From Hydrolagus affinis (taxonomy: Eukaryota), in contig JAAILG010000938.1 of assembly GCA_012026655.1 (NCBI GenBank), forward strand, positions 1-64,000: DNA of 64,000 bases, in the 5' to 3' direction. The position numbers and the translations under genes were made by a program. The notes under the pieces were generated by a model, which did not search any database, was not told where the DNA came from, and worked only from the letters and a program-made list of their open reading frames with translations. Shown here in pieces: positions 48,082 to 60,639 of the stretch (the first letter of the stretch is position 1; every line of letters starts with the position of its first letter).

Positions 48082-48458
48082 CAGGTACCCTGCCCCAACA
48101 GGGTTTTTTCTACCGCAAATTTCACAAATCCATGGCTGCTTCTCTGCGACAACCTTTGCCAACCGTGGTAGTGAATTTTGCGTGTTCACGGGTTTTAACA
48201 CTAACATTAGCGTTTGGCGCTAGGACCCAGTTGCGATGTCGCTTCGTTTTAGGATTAAGGTAAATAACATGAATTTATTGTTTTTTATATTCTTTTTTAT
48301 TGTGCTTTTTGAAAATTTATTGTTTTTGTTAGCTTATTGTGTTTTTTTTGTGTTTAGTAAAAGAACAAGCAACTTACTCGCCCTATCCCCATGTTTCCCA
48401 TAGGGCCTTGTATCTCCCAACCGCGGTTTTACTAACCACGGGGATTTTCAGGAATATA
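48082..48458. mobile_element. Second Tigger-like element, right end missing
   Basis: TA|caggtaccc start; repeated aaccgcggtt-like subterminal motifs ending ttttcaggaa. Confidence 0.6.
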
Positions 48459-48687
48459 AGAAAAGCTTGGTCATAAAATGCAAGTGGAATGATGGAGGTG
48501 GTGTGTGTGTGTGTGTATGTAGTTGAGTGGGGGCTACACGATAATGTTGAAGATTAACAAAGGGGTACATTACTGAAAAAGGTTGAGAACCACTGGTCTA
48601 GACCACCCACCCCTCCCCCAACCTTTCACATCACCCACTCCTTCCACCCACATTTTTCCTTCCTCCTTCTCAGCCCTTCACCAGCAT

Positions 48688-49460
48688 AGGAGGCAATATA
48701 GACTTGGTAGCTCAATCTTAAGGGGGGTGAACGTACAGAGAGATCTGGGTGTTCAAGTAAATGAATCATTAAAGATAGCAGGGCAAGTAGATAAGGCAGT
48801 AAAAAAAGGCATTTGGTGTATGCCCCTACTTTATTAGTAGGGGCATAGAGTATAAGAGTAGGGAGGTTATGGTTAATCTATGCAAAACACTGGTTAGGCC
48901 TCAACTGGAGTATTGAGTCCAGTTCTGGGCACCTTATTTCAGGAAGGACATTAAGGCACTGGAAAGGGTGCAGAGGAGATACACGAGAATGATACCAGGA
49001 ATGGGGAACCTTAGCTATGAGGATAGACTGGAGAGGTTAGGACTTTTCCCATTAGAGCAGAGAAGGTTACGCAGGGACCTGATAGAGGTCTTCAAGATCA
49101 TGAAAGGTTTCGACAGGCTAGATAGGGAAAAGCTGTTTCCGCTGGTAGGTGTGTCTGTGACCCGTGGTCACAGTCTTAAGATATCTACCAAAAGAAGCAG
49201 AGGGGAGATTAGAAGAAATTTTTTACTCAGCGAGTTGTTCGAATTTGGAATGATCTGCCTGAAAGGATAGTGAGGTCCGATTCGATAGCAGCTTTTAAGA
49301 GAGAACTAGATAGGTATCTGGGGAAGACGGGTTTGCAGGGTTATGGGAAGAAAGCTGGTGATTGGGGTAAATGAAAGTGACTTGCTCGGTCAAAGAGCCG
49401 GCACAAACTCGATGGGCCGAATGGCCTCCTTCTGTGCGTAACATTCTATGATTCTATGAT
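48688..49460 (+). mobile_element. Relatively young CR1 3' fragment
   Basis: QRDLGVQV; QRRYTRMIPGMGNLSYEDRLERLGLFPLEQRRLRRDLIEVFKIM; (attctatg)n tail. Confidence 0.92.
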
Positions 49461-49469
49461 AGTTGTAAC

Positions 49470-49915
49470 TGGAGTGCTTCAAGGATTTATTGTAAAATAC
49501 AGTGACTAGATTTTTGTAAGCAAATGCAACAGACAATTTGCACACAGCAATGTCCCACAAACAGGCATGGTGTTAATAGCAATTTTATCTGAGGGATTTT
49601 AGGTCAGAACACTAGTAACTCACAGATACTCCCTATTCTTTTTCAACTAGTGCCATGGGATCTTTAATATCCTTCTGAATAAGCAGTTGGGGCTTCGGTT
49701 AAATGATTCATTTGAAGGACAGCATCTCCAACAATGCAGCACTCCCCCAGCAATGTAATTTAATGTCAGCCTAGACTATGAATTTAAAATATTGAATGTA
49801 CAACCTGCTGACTCAGAGGCAAGAATCCAATGCCTTGGGACATCCTCCTGACCTGAAAGGCGTTATACAAATGTAATTTTGTTGTTGTTGTTGTTGTTAC
49901 TAACTGAGCCAGGCT
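49470..49915 (-). mobile_element. Old Deu-SINE with an L2 tail inserted in its tRNA head (49828-49897)
   Basis: Minus strand aaagatcccatggcactagttgaaaaagaataggg Deu core. Confidence 0.75.
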
Positions 49916-50767
49916 GTCTTTTGACTGTGGCAATCCCATAAGTCAACTGCTTACAGGCAGAATTCCCTGTTTGTGATTCTGAGTCACTCTTTGAGAATCC
50001 CCTTCTTTTACTAAAAAGAACAGGATGCAACGATCAGTCTGCATTGTTTATCGATCTAAGTTACATCATTGTCCTCATCCAATAAACAATAGTTTCCATT
50101 CAAAAGTGCATGGAGATTAGTTTGGGATGCGTTTACTATTCATCATTCCTAGGTCACTTTGATTCTGATGACAACATAGGTAAACCATATCAATCATAGA
50201 ATTATTCTATTTCTATTTATAATACCTTGTAACGGTGACAGATAATCGCTTTACTAAACAATGTTTTATTCAACTTTTGCAAGCCATAGTCTTCTAGTCA
50301 GTTGGTCGTTTGATTTACAATTGTGTGGATGTGATTTATTCACAAATTAATTTAGGAAGAAACTAGGTCTGTTAAGTCACTGCAAAACGTTCCATGAATG
50401 ATTAATAAACATAGGCTGGAACAGAAAGATTAATGCTAATGACTGAGGACAGATGCTGAAATAGACAAACTTTCTTGTGCTCTTTCTGAAGCATTTGTTC
50501 ATTCAAGTAGCCGTTTTGATTTAATCATAATTTATTTACCACACAGTATTAATATTTTGCCTAAACGTATTTAACCTAGTTAATCTTGTTCAAGATACAG
50601 GTTACTGAACATCTGATTGAGGTGTACAAACTGGAGGTATCTGGGGTTATTTTACATTTATCCCTGCAGTTGCAAAGGATTTTAACCATGCCAACATCAG
50701 GAAATGTGATCATTATTTGGGCAGAAACCACCTCTCCAATTACAAGTATGCTGGTGAAGGGCTGTTC

Positions 50768-51092
50768 ATAATAAGAATAATAATCTTTGCATTTTGATAC
50801 AGCGCTTTTCACATCTTTTCGACATCTCAAAGTGCTTCACAGAATATACTATGAAGTGAATTGATTATATATTTTGTGGGCGAAACGCGGAAGCCAATTG
50901 GGCATAGCAGTGTCCCACAAACAGTCATGGATTGAAATGACAAATTTGATTATTGTGTTTTTTTTTTGAGAGATTATTATTAGGCATGTGGAGTAAGGAA
51001 AATCTTGCCCAAGGTTTCTCCCTGATCTGCCTGGATTCAAACACAGGTCTCACACTTATAACGCGAGTGCTCTAACCACTGAGCTACAAGAG
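50768..51092 (-). mobile_element. Young SINE, short variant
   Basis: Near full-length match to the other copies. Confidence 0.9.
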
Positions 51093-51369
51093 CTAATGGG
51101 CCTAGAAGGGAGCACTAGCCTGTCCATCTTGAGCAGTACATTTGAGATTTCTTATTGGGTTAATCTCAATTGCTAACATCTGATTCTCATTAGTTTAACT
51201 CAAAAAAAATGGTCCAATAATGGAACTGAAACTCAATCTGGGCCTTGGTCAGTTAAAAGGATGTTTGCTGCACACAGATGTTTGTTTATGCTCTTTTTTG
51301 ATCTAATTCATTCAACAATCAAAGCACACTTAAAGATAGAGCCGATTTGCCACCATTTGTTTTGCAATA

Positions 51370-51790
51370 CATAGGCAAAGATAGATACAACATGGAAATG
51401 GGTCATTTGGCCCAAATAGTCCACCTCAGTGTTCATACTCCACACAAAGTTCTACTCCTCCTATTCCCCTATCATATACCCCTCTATTCCCTTCTCCCTT
51501 GGCTATACATCAATTTTCCTCTTAAATGGGTTGATGTGTTTTGCTTCTGGCATTGAGTTCTACAAAACATAACAGCCCAGGCTATGGCTTTATAAGGACA
51601 TAAGTACTCCATGAGTGGAACTGAACTTCCCAAGGGGGATGTTGAAAGAGATCTAGGGGTGTTAAATGACTCGTCGCTCACTTTGTCAAAAAATGTGAGA
51701 CAGCAATAAATATAGCCCAGGATGTTGGACTACATTGCTAAATCTGTTGAGTTTAGATCCCCAGATGTTATTCTCAGGTTGCACAGTGCT
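51370..51790. mobile_element. Two old CR1 fragments in opposite orientation
   Basis: Minus-strand 3' UTR at 51370-51550; plus-strand ERDLGVL.D (gaaagagatctaggggtgttaaatgac). Confidence 0.6.
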
Positions 51791-52690
51791 GACAGTGGCA
51801 GAGTCTGACTCCGAGCTGGTGGGGGTGGGGAAGGGAGAGGTGGCTGTAAGCACAGTCAAAGAGGAAGGCCGTTTATTGACAGTAGAAAGGCTTAAAATAC
51901 AGGGATATAGAGCTTCACATCACTGGCAATCACCAGCAAAGGCAATGTAGTAAAACCAATTCAATCTCTCTTTTGGCAGCAGATTGCTGGGGAAGATACC
52001 ATGCACTAATTTCATGATTCCAGTTGTTAACAATGATCATATGTTCTGTGATCATATTCTGAAAACCATTTGGGTCTTAATGCAACAATTTCCTGTTGCA
52101 GTAAGTTGGTTTGATCACTGGTAATGAATAACAATGAGGTTCTCAGAAATCTGCTTAACTGATTATGGCACACATGTTTCTAATCTGCAGAGTTAAAAAA
52201 AACACATTGTGGGAAGCAAGAACAAAACAACAAAACATGTTCATAGCTAATTCACAATTCTCCGCCCACATTCATTTATACCTCTGATTTAATTCTTCGG
52301 ATGTTTTAATGCATAAGATGTTCTTCCTCTTAACAAACTTACATAGTGTAACCAGTAATTACAAAATTGGAACATTTAAATGGCGTCTAGCACAAATTGA
52401 GTTGTTCACTTCAGCTCAAAGCTCATGTGACCCATCTGGACTATGTTTAGAAATATTCATTCCTTTTAGCTTTGTTTCTGCGCCAATGCACATGCATTAC
52501 GAGTAATGTCAGTGCATTATTCTGATTAGCTGTGATCTGGCTTGAAAAAAGAACACTGAACGAGCAGTTTCTCTGAGTCGATGAAAATGCACAGCCAATT
52601 TAATGGAAATAATGTATTCCAAATTGACTATTTGTCTAACAACCCCTAGCCCTTCCACTGATGTTTGTGATTAGTTTATTTAGATATATT

Positions 52691-52917
52691 GGGTAGAAAT
52701 TTTACCTGTGTTTACATTTACTCTTTTTTCTTTGTATATTAGAACACCCAGAATTCAAGCAAATTCTTGGAAGTCCACAGTCTAAATTTTGAAGCTGGGT
52801 TTCTGCAAATCCTTTGGAAAGCTACCAAAAATCGGATTTGAAATGAACAATTTGCCAACTTCCGCACTTTCTATAATATAATGTAAAATAAATCTGGACC
52901 CAGGTGGATTTTCTCCC
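52691..52917. mobile_element. Old palindromic MITE with GGG-starting TIRs
   Basis: gggtagaaattttacctg ... caggtggattttctccc, plus inner inverted pair gcaaatt...tttgaagct / agctaccaaaa...aatttgc. Confidence 0.6.
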
Positions 52918-53734
52918 ATGTATACATTTTTTAAAAAGAAGTCCGATCCTTTGGTGCAAAATATTACTTCAATACTTTTCAAAAAGGGTAAAAATGAGAC
53001 GTATGTCTGCAATAATCTACATACACCTTACTGTACTATAGTTCATTAAAAAGATAAATCTGTGCCAATGACTGGATAGCAGCTAAAATGAAAGTTCTGT
53101 GAAAGATTTACAGTGAAACCAGATGGGGATAGAGATTAAATAGAAACCTTAACATGTTCTTAGTTAAGGAATACTGGAGAAGCAAAGTTACACTTGTTGT
53201 GATATGTAAAGGATTTACTAAATAACCAATGAAAGCCAATGTGATAAAATAAGTTGGATACTGTCACAAAATGAATTGATTGTGTCCAACCAAGCATACT
53301 GGGAAAAATGAGAATGCAGAGGAAATGATGGATAACACCATCATAGATTTATGAATGTAAGGAACTTTTATCATTACATATACAGATTTAAAAAGCCGGT
53401 ACCACATTTTGCAGTAATTGCTTGCAAAGCACTTTGCGACATTTTTATGTGATTTGGTGCAGCAAAAAATGCAAGTTCTTTCATCCAGTGCCATGTGGCA
53501 ATGGAGGTTACATGGGCTTTAAAAAATATGGTGTTAAAAACAAAAGCAGAAGAGGCTCAGGCATCCAAAGGAGGCTCAATCAATGACTTAGACCCTGGCA
53601 TGTACCATATGTGCTTGTGTCTGTGTTCAATCACTGAGATACATTTTGCTTTTATTTCACTTGGCAACACGGAGGCTAGTGATTAACAAATTCAGTACAT
53701 ATGCATCACTACACCTGCAAAATAATTTCCCATA

Positions 53735-55910
53735 AGATCAAGGTGTCGGTACTGGGGTCTCAGCTGTTCACTATATATATATATTTATAAACTACTTGGA
53801 TGAAGGAATAGATAATTACATTTCAAAATTTGCAGATGACACAAAGTTAGGAGGCACGGTGAATTGTGTAGAGGGGAGGAGGAAGTTACATTGAATGAAT
53901 GAATGGGAACAATTGTGGCTGGTGGACTTCAACATGGGGAAGTATGAGGTCATTCACTATGGATCAAAAAATAGCAAAAATATATTGTTTTCTAAATACT
54001 GTAGTGAGAAACTAAGAACTGTGGAGGAGCTAAGGAACGTGGGTATCCATGAATATAAATCACACCGGTGCAAAACATTATTGATGTTATCAAAAAGATT
54101 AATGAGATATTGGACTTTATCTCAAGGAGGCTAGAATATATAGGAGAGGAAATGATATTCTACTGTACAGAGCCTTGGTCTGACCCCATCTGGAGTACTG
54201 TGTCCAATTTGGGCACTGCACCTCAGGAAAGATATATTGGCTCTGTAGGGGCTTCAGTGCAGATTCACTAGAATGATACAAGATTAAATGGTTCAATTCA
54301 TAGAATCATAAATTTTGTACAGGAGGCCATTTGGTCCATCGTGTCTGTGCTGGCTCTTTGAATAGAGCTATCCAATGTCCATCTCACTCCACTGCTCTCT
54401 CCCCATAATCCAGCAAACCTGTCCTCCATAAATAACTATCCACCTCTCTTTAAAAAGTTGTTATTGAATTGGCCGCCAACACCCTTTCAGGCAATACATT
54501 CCAGATTCAAACAAATCACTGCATGAAAAAAATTCTCCTCACCTCCCTTCTGCTTCTTTTAGAAACTAATTTAAATCTGTGACCTCGAGTCACTGACACA
54601 CCTACCAGTGGAAACAGTTTTTCACCGTTTACCCTATTGAATCCCCTCATGATTTTGAAAACCTCTATTAGGTCTGCTCATAACCTTCTCTGATCCAAAG
54701 AGAATAATCCTAGCCTCTCCAGGCTTTCTTTATAACCAAAGTCCCTCATTCCTGATAAATCTCCTCATCAAAACCAAGATTTGGCTTATAAAATCCATAC
54801 CGGCTGTCCTTTATTAACACATATTTTTCTATATGAAGATTTATTTTGTCCCGGATTATAGTCTCTAGAAGTTTCCCCACTACTGATGTTAGGTTGACTG
54901 GCCTATTATACTTCCCAGATTTGTCCTTCTGCCCCTTTTCGTACAGGGAAGTAACATTAGCAACCCTCTTTTGTTCCCTTGGCACCACCTCTGTGTCCAG
55001 GGAAGATTGAAAGATTGTGGTCAGAGCTTCTGTTATTTGCAGCCTTACTTCCCTTAGTAACCTAGGATGCATGCCATCCAGACCTGTTGACTAATCTACC
55101 TTGAGCACTGTCAACCTTTTTAGTACTTCCTCTCTGTTTCTACTTATCCTATCCAATTCTTTAGCTTTTTCCACAGCTTCTGATCCTCTCCCTGTTGTAT
55201 CTCAGCACGTTTATTCCCTATATCATAGATCCTAACATGGACCACCACTTTTGCTCCCTTTCCCCCTGTAGAACTTTATGCAGCCATTCTTTGATATCTT
55301 CAATCCTGGCACCAGGGAGGCAACATACCATCCGAAACACAAGTCTTCGATTGTAGAAACGCCTGTCTATACCTTTGATTGTTGTATCCCCAATGACAAC
55401 TGCATTGACACTTTTCCTTATGTGTCCCTGTGCATCCACTTGGTTTTTTCTACTTTCCCCTGAGGTAAATTATGAGGACAGGTTGATTAAACTTGGTCTG
55501 TACCCCATGAGTAGTAAGTTGAGGGGTGATATGATTCAGGTTTTTAAAATAATAAATTCGCTAGGGTAGTAATAAACTAATTCCTCTGGTAGGGGAATCA
55601 AGGGGCATAATCTTAAATTATAGCTAGGCAATTTAGGAGTGAAATCAGTAGGCAGTTTTTCACCCAGAGAGTAGAGGAAATCTGGAAAATTCTCCCCTAA
55701 AAGGCTGAGGATGCTGGATCCATTTACATTTTCAAGACTGAGGTGGATAGATATTTTTTAGGTCAGGGTATTAAGGGATATGGAGCAAGGGCGAGTAATT
55801 GGACCTGAGGTACAGATCAGCCATGATCTAATAGCTTGTCAAGACCGGCTTGCCTTGAGGGGCTGAATGGCTTACTCCTGTTCCTATGTTTCTATGTTAT
55901 ATGTTTCTAT
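53735..55910 (+). mobile_element. CR1 (RT end to tail) split by an antisense CR1
   Basis: ISKFADDTKLGG near 53820; resumes at 55462 (NYEDRLIKLGL); ttcctatgtttctatg tail. Confidence 0.85.
54295..55460 (-). mobile_element. Internally deleted CR1: ORF1 esterase piece + RT N-terminus + 3' end
   Basis: VVIGDTTIKGIDRRF...RMVCCLPGARIEDI; MHPRLLREV...RPVNLTSVVGKLLETII; CR1 tail. Confidence 0.9.
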
Positions 55911-56002
55911 GAAGATTGCCCCCTCAGCTATCCTGCAGGTGAACCTTGAAGAATTGTGTTATACGGCACTTCAAGTCCAATTAAGCTTTTTAAGGAACTT
56001 CA

Positions 56003-57455
56003 TAGTATCATAGAACTATACCGTACAGAAGGAAGCCATTCCACCCATTGTGTTTGTTCCAGCTCTTTTAAAAGAACTGGCCAAATCAATACTGCTCCCC
56101 CACGCTCTCCCCATAGCCTGTGAACTTGTCCTCCCCAAATAATTATCTACTTCTCTCTTAAAAGTTGATATTGAATCAGCTTCCACCATCTTTTCCAGCA
56201 ATGCTTTCCAGATCCGAACAACTCGCTATGTTGTGGAGTCCTGTAGCTCAGTGGTTAGAGCAATCGCTTTATAAGCAAGAGACCTGGTTCAAATCCAGGC
56301 AGAGCGAAACCTTGGGCACGTTTCTTTACTCCACACACCTGATAATAATCCCTCAAGAAAAAAAATATATATAAATTGGTCATTTCAATCCATGACTATT
56401 TGTGGGATGCTGCTGTGCACAATTGGCTGCCGCATTTCGCCCACAAATATACAGTCAATTCACTTTACAATATATTCTGTGAAGCACTTTGAGACATCTA
56501 GAAGATGTGAAAAGCACTATATCAAATGCAAGGATTATTATTAGGATTATTACGTGAAATAGTTTCTTCTCACCTCCCCTCTGTTTATTTTAACAACTAT
56601 TTTACATTGATGTCCTCAGGGTACCCAACCAACCCACCAGTGGAAATGTTCACCCTATCAAATCACCTCATAACTCTGCTCAAAGGAAACTAATCCTAGC
56701 TTCTCTAGCCTCTCCTCATAATTTAGATCCCTCATTCCTGGTGCCATCCTAGCAAATCTCCTTTGCACCCTCTCCAACACCTTGAAATCCTTCCTAAAGT
56801 GTGGTGCCCATAACTGAACACTCTAGCTGAGGCTTAACCAGTACATTATAAAGGTTCATTATAACTTCCTAACTTTTGCATTCTATGCCTCTATGTATGA
56901 AGCCTAGTATCCCATATGCTTTCTGAACAGCTTTATCTACCTGTCCTGCTGCCATTCAAAGATCTACTTATATGAACCCCCAGGTCTCTCTGTTCCTTCA
57001 CCCCCTTTATGATTATACCTGTTAGCTTATATTGTCTTTCCTTATTCTTCCTTGCAAAATGCATCACTTGGCATTTCTCCATGTTAAACTTCATTTGCCA
57101 CATGTCTGCCCATTTTACAAGTCTGTCTATGTCTTCTTGCAGTCTGCTACTATCCTCCTCACCATTTGCTGCTTTTCCTAGCTTAGCATCATCTTCAAAC
57201 TTGGAAATTGTACTCCATCTAAATTAACTATATTTATATAGTTAAATATGTAGATATAGATCAAAAGGAGCAATGGTCTCAATACTGATCCCTGGGGGAA
57301 ACAGCATTTCAAACGTCCTTCCAGTTAAAAAGAAAACTGATCACCACCACCCTCTGCTTTCTATCTCCCAGCCAGTTCTGTATCCAAAGCCACTGTTCTT
57401 TTTATACCATGGTTTATTTTGCTTAGAAGTCTCATTTTGCTTACAAGTCTCTTCT
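56003..57455 (-). mobile_element. CR1 RT end to 3' tail, with a SINE insert
   Basis: ISKFEDDAKLG on minus near 57200; VEADSISTFKREVDNYL; CR1 tail. Confidence 0.88.
56232..56551 (+). mobile_element. Young SINE, short variant, full length
   Basis: A-box tagctcagtgg, B-box ggttcaaatcc, (TAT)n tail. Confidence 0.92.
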
Positions 57456-57584
57456 GAGACTATTTGAAGAATTATGCGAATGAACCCAGACAGTTCTGTG
57501 TATCTGTTCATTTCTTGTCTCCCAACACCCAAATATATTATAATTCACATACAAAGTAGATACAGAAAATAAATATGTGCAGCT

Positions 57585-57760
57585 CTTGGTGGCTCAATAG
57601 ATAAATCCATAGTCAACTTCCCCATTCCTGATTGATATCCAATCTCCTCCCTCACACCAACTCCTGAAGCTGGGAAGTGACTATCGGGTGAGGTAAAAGG
57701 TTAGGCCCATCTATGATGCCCATCTCCAACAGTCAAAGAACCTCCTAGATCTTCTGACAC
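57585..57760 (+). repeat. Ancient dispersed repeat, family X
   Basis: gtggctcaatagataa head-like motif; tcgggtgaggtaaaaggttaggcccatctatgatgccc. Confidence 0.5.
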
Positions 57761-60639
57761 TGAGGGTAACTGCTTTTACTCAGGAAGACCTGCTCATTTG
57801 CAATATTCACACAAGGGGCGGAAAGTGCTAATTTGAGCTTTTTTTTGTTGACTGAGGAGATTGGTTTACAGTTGACAATTTTTGAAAGTGGCCAAAGTGG
57901 GAAAAATGATCAAACAGAAAACTGGATTTTTGCTGCATGGCAGTTCATACAGGTGATGGCTGTATAACAAACGGGAGAAGTGAAAACAAACTTGTTGGAA
58001 AAATCACTCTGTAAATGGTGCCTCTTGGTGGATTAAGTGCCTCAAGACAAAAGTGTCCTGGGAACCCCTTGTCACCTGCCAGATTTCACTGAAGAGTGTT
58101 AAGGAACAAGACACTATTTATGTTGTCCTTTTCTTAACCAAGTGTTTTTTCAACCCCATCGGCTGATGTGTTTTGTCCCCTTTCCATTCCAGCCCACTTA
58201 GGTCAATTGTAACACCTCAATTGGTACTCTGACTGAGCTCAGCTAACAAAGCACAAGCCAGGGGTAAAAACTGTATGCACCATGGTCTGTTTTGTTTATT
58301 TCTACACAGGGAGGTGCCTTTATTAACTGAATCAACCCCTGGTGCCATCAGGGGTTAAATATTTACAATTTACAATGTGCAAAAAAAAATCAAACTGGAT
58401 ATTATTGCATTGCACTTTAAACTTTTCAGACATGTGTTAAGATGTTGGTGTCAGGCACCTTCAATTTTTTCAAATAATAAATAACTTAAAAAAGGGATAT
58501 CACCATCAGGAATCCTCCTTAAAAATCAAAGGGATGTCAGATCTGACCCTAACTTGGTTAATGGATCTGTATTTTTAAAGTAGTTTCAAAACCACAGTGA
58601 GACCGTTCATACCGTAAGTAGCTTTGTCATTAAGTACATTAATCAGTTGAAATAAATACTTTAAAAAAGTGTCAAGCAGGCGATCTAAAATTACCTTTGG
58701 CAGGTTGATAAATCTGAATGGAAATGAAAGCTGATGTTACAACAATTTCAATCTGAACAATTGAACCATCTTCCGCCTCATCAGAGCAACAGTGGCTGAA
58801 ACACTGAAAACAATGAAAACCTCTCATTTTTCTGAGCTATATTAAAACTCCACTCTGTTCCCTGATACAGTAATCTTATACATAATATATTGAGTCCATT
58901 AGATATGCTTAGCGGTGCGCAGAAATGTCACTTTTTCTCTTAGAGGCTGCTCGCTCCACAAGACGTAATGTGATATATAAATCATTAGTTCATTTACTGC
59001 CTTGCATAATTACTTTGCCAAAAAAAGTGCAGACTTTAGCCGTGAAGCGAGATCCTTACAGAAAACAAACCGGAACCCTGGTCTTATAGAGTCAATAAAA
59101 AGTCATCCTATGCACTAATAAGTGTAAAGATGTGTATACCCAAGTGTAGGCATATACACAGCAGTTCAATTGCCCTAAATCAGCTTAAGATTTTCCAGCA
59201 ATATGATGTCCTTGGTGAAGGTTAGTTGAATAATTGCATGTGATTATAGCAGAGCCATAGTACTTTTCGTGTCAGTATCAATGAAATGAAGATTGATTCC
59301 CTTTAATTAATCATTCCAAAATAACCCCTGTTGGAATCCCTACGGAGAAGATGTATGTTTCTACATATTTCCTTTAAAGGTTCTTTGATGCGTTCTGTTC
59401 CCTGATGAGATAATTGGGCTAAGCACATGTTTGCCTGTCCTAATGCATCGTAACCTGTTCTGTAATTGATTGTTGGTTCCAGTTGTCCGAACCTTCCTTC
59501 CCCTCCCCCTACACACTTATGTATTAACTATTGAGGGTAAGAAACGTATTTCACATGTCAAAGTTCATTAGCATCATTACGATCAGACTTTCACAGGTTT
59601 GGTGAGTTTAATGAGATCCAGTAAGCCATAGCACAACTGTTCTGCTCCTGTTCTTTGGGGATAAAGTTTCAGAATATCAGTCGGAAAGGAGAGAACATCT
59701 TTCACAGAGAAGATGTAAGTGATTACAATGTGTATGAGCAGAGGCAAAAAAAAAGGCAGTGGTGCATTTCATGCTTCGTTTGCCACATACTTGAAAATTA
59801 AGGTTTATTTTCAGTAGAAACATCGAGGACAATCCTCACCCAACATTGATTTTCAATGAAAAAAGATGGGAAGGAAAAAGCAACTGAAATATGATCCAGT
59901 ACTGGGTTTTGAGTTGATCTGCCAGGGCTGTGATATTGCTTTGTGCCCATGAGCATTACTTTGAGTGGTAGAATTTTTCTGTCTTTTACCAAAAACTGCT
60001 GAATTGGATTTAGATATTTTATATGTAACACAATACTTCTCAGTGTATAAAACAAAGCCACTGTTGTTCTTGCAGCCCAGTGATTCGGTCAATTATGGTG
60101 ACATTAAGTACCTCTTCCAAAGTAGAACACTGTTCTGTTATCTTTTCCTTGAAATGTAACTTGTCTTATTGGTATACAATTACGATTTTGAACCACATCT
60201 CACTAGAGATGATGGTCAGACTGGCAGTGCTGCAGAGATTGCGGGTTCTATAAATGTTGCCTTAGGGTTCTGCTATCTGTGTTCCTGTTTGTCAGCTCTG
60301 ATAAAATAGGAAATGTACAAACTGACTGGAAATAAATCTCAGCAAACACAGATCAACAGAACTCAGCTGTTTTAATGCTGCAATATTCCGTAGCTAATGT
60401 TGGGTGGAGACTAAGCAACAGTCTGTTCCAACTGTGAGGAGCTTGGTTTGCCGAGAAGCAAATTTAGCATTCTGCAGTCAGAAACATTACCGTAAGGCAA
60501 TGCACCTCACACAGCAGCTGAAAATATTATTTGAACATTAGCAACATTTTACATGTGATAAAATCAGGCTCGCTTCCATCGTAGTGATGAGGAGTCGAAC
60601 CCTTGATGTTTTCAAAGCAAGTAAGTGACTTCAATACAC

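Larger units (their letters stand above)
47689..48595. mobile_element. hAT-Charlie-type non-autonomous transposon carrying two Tigger-like inserts
   Basis: TIRs caatggttctcaacc / ggttgagaaccactg; 8-bp flanks aagtagac / gtctagac, compatible with the NTCTAGAN target preference; subterminal ggggtac repeats. Confidence 0.85.
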
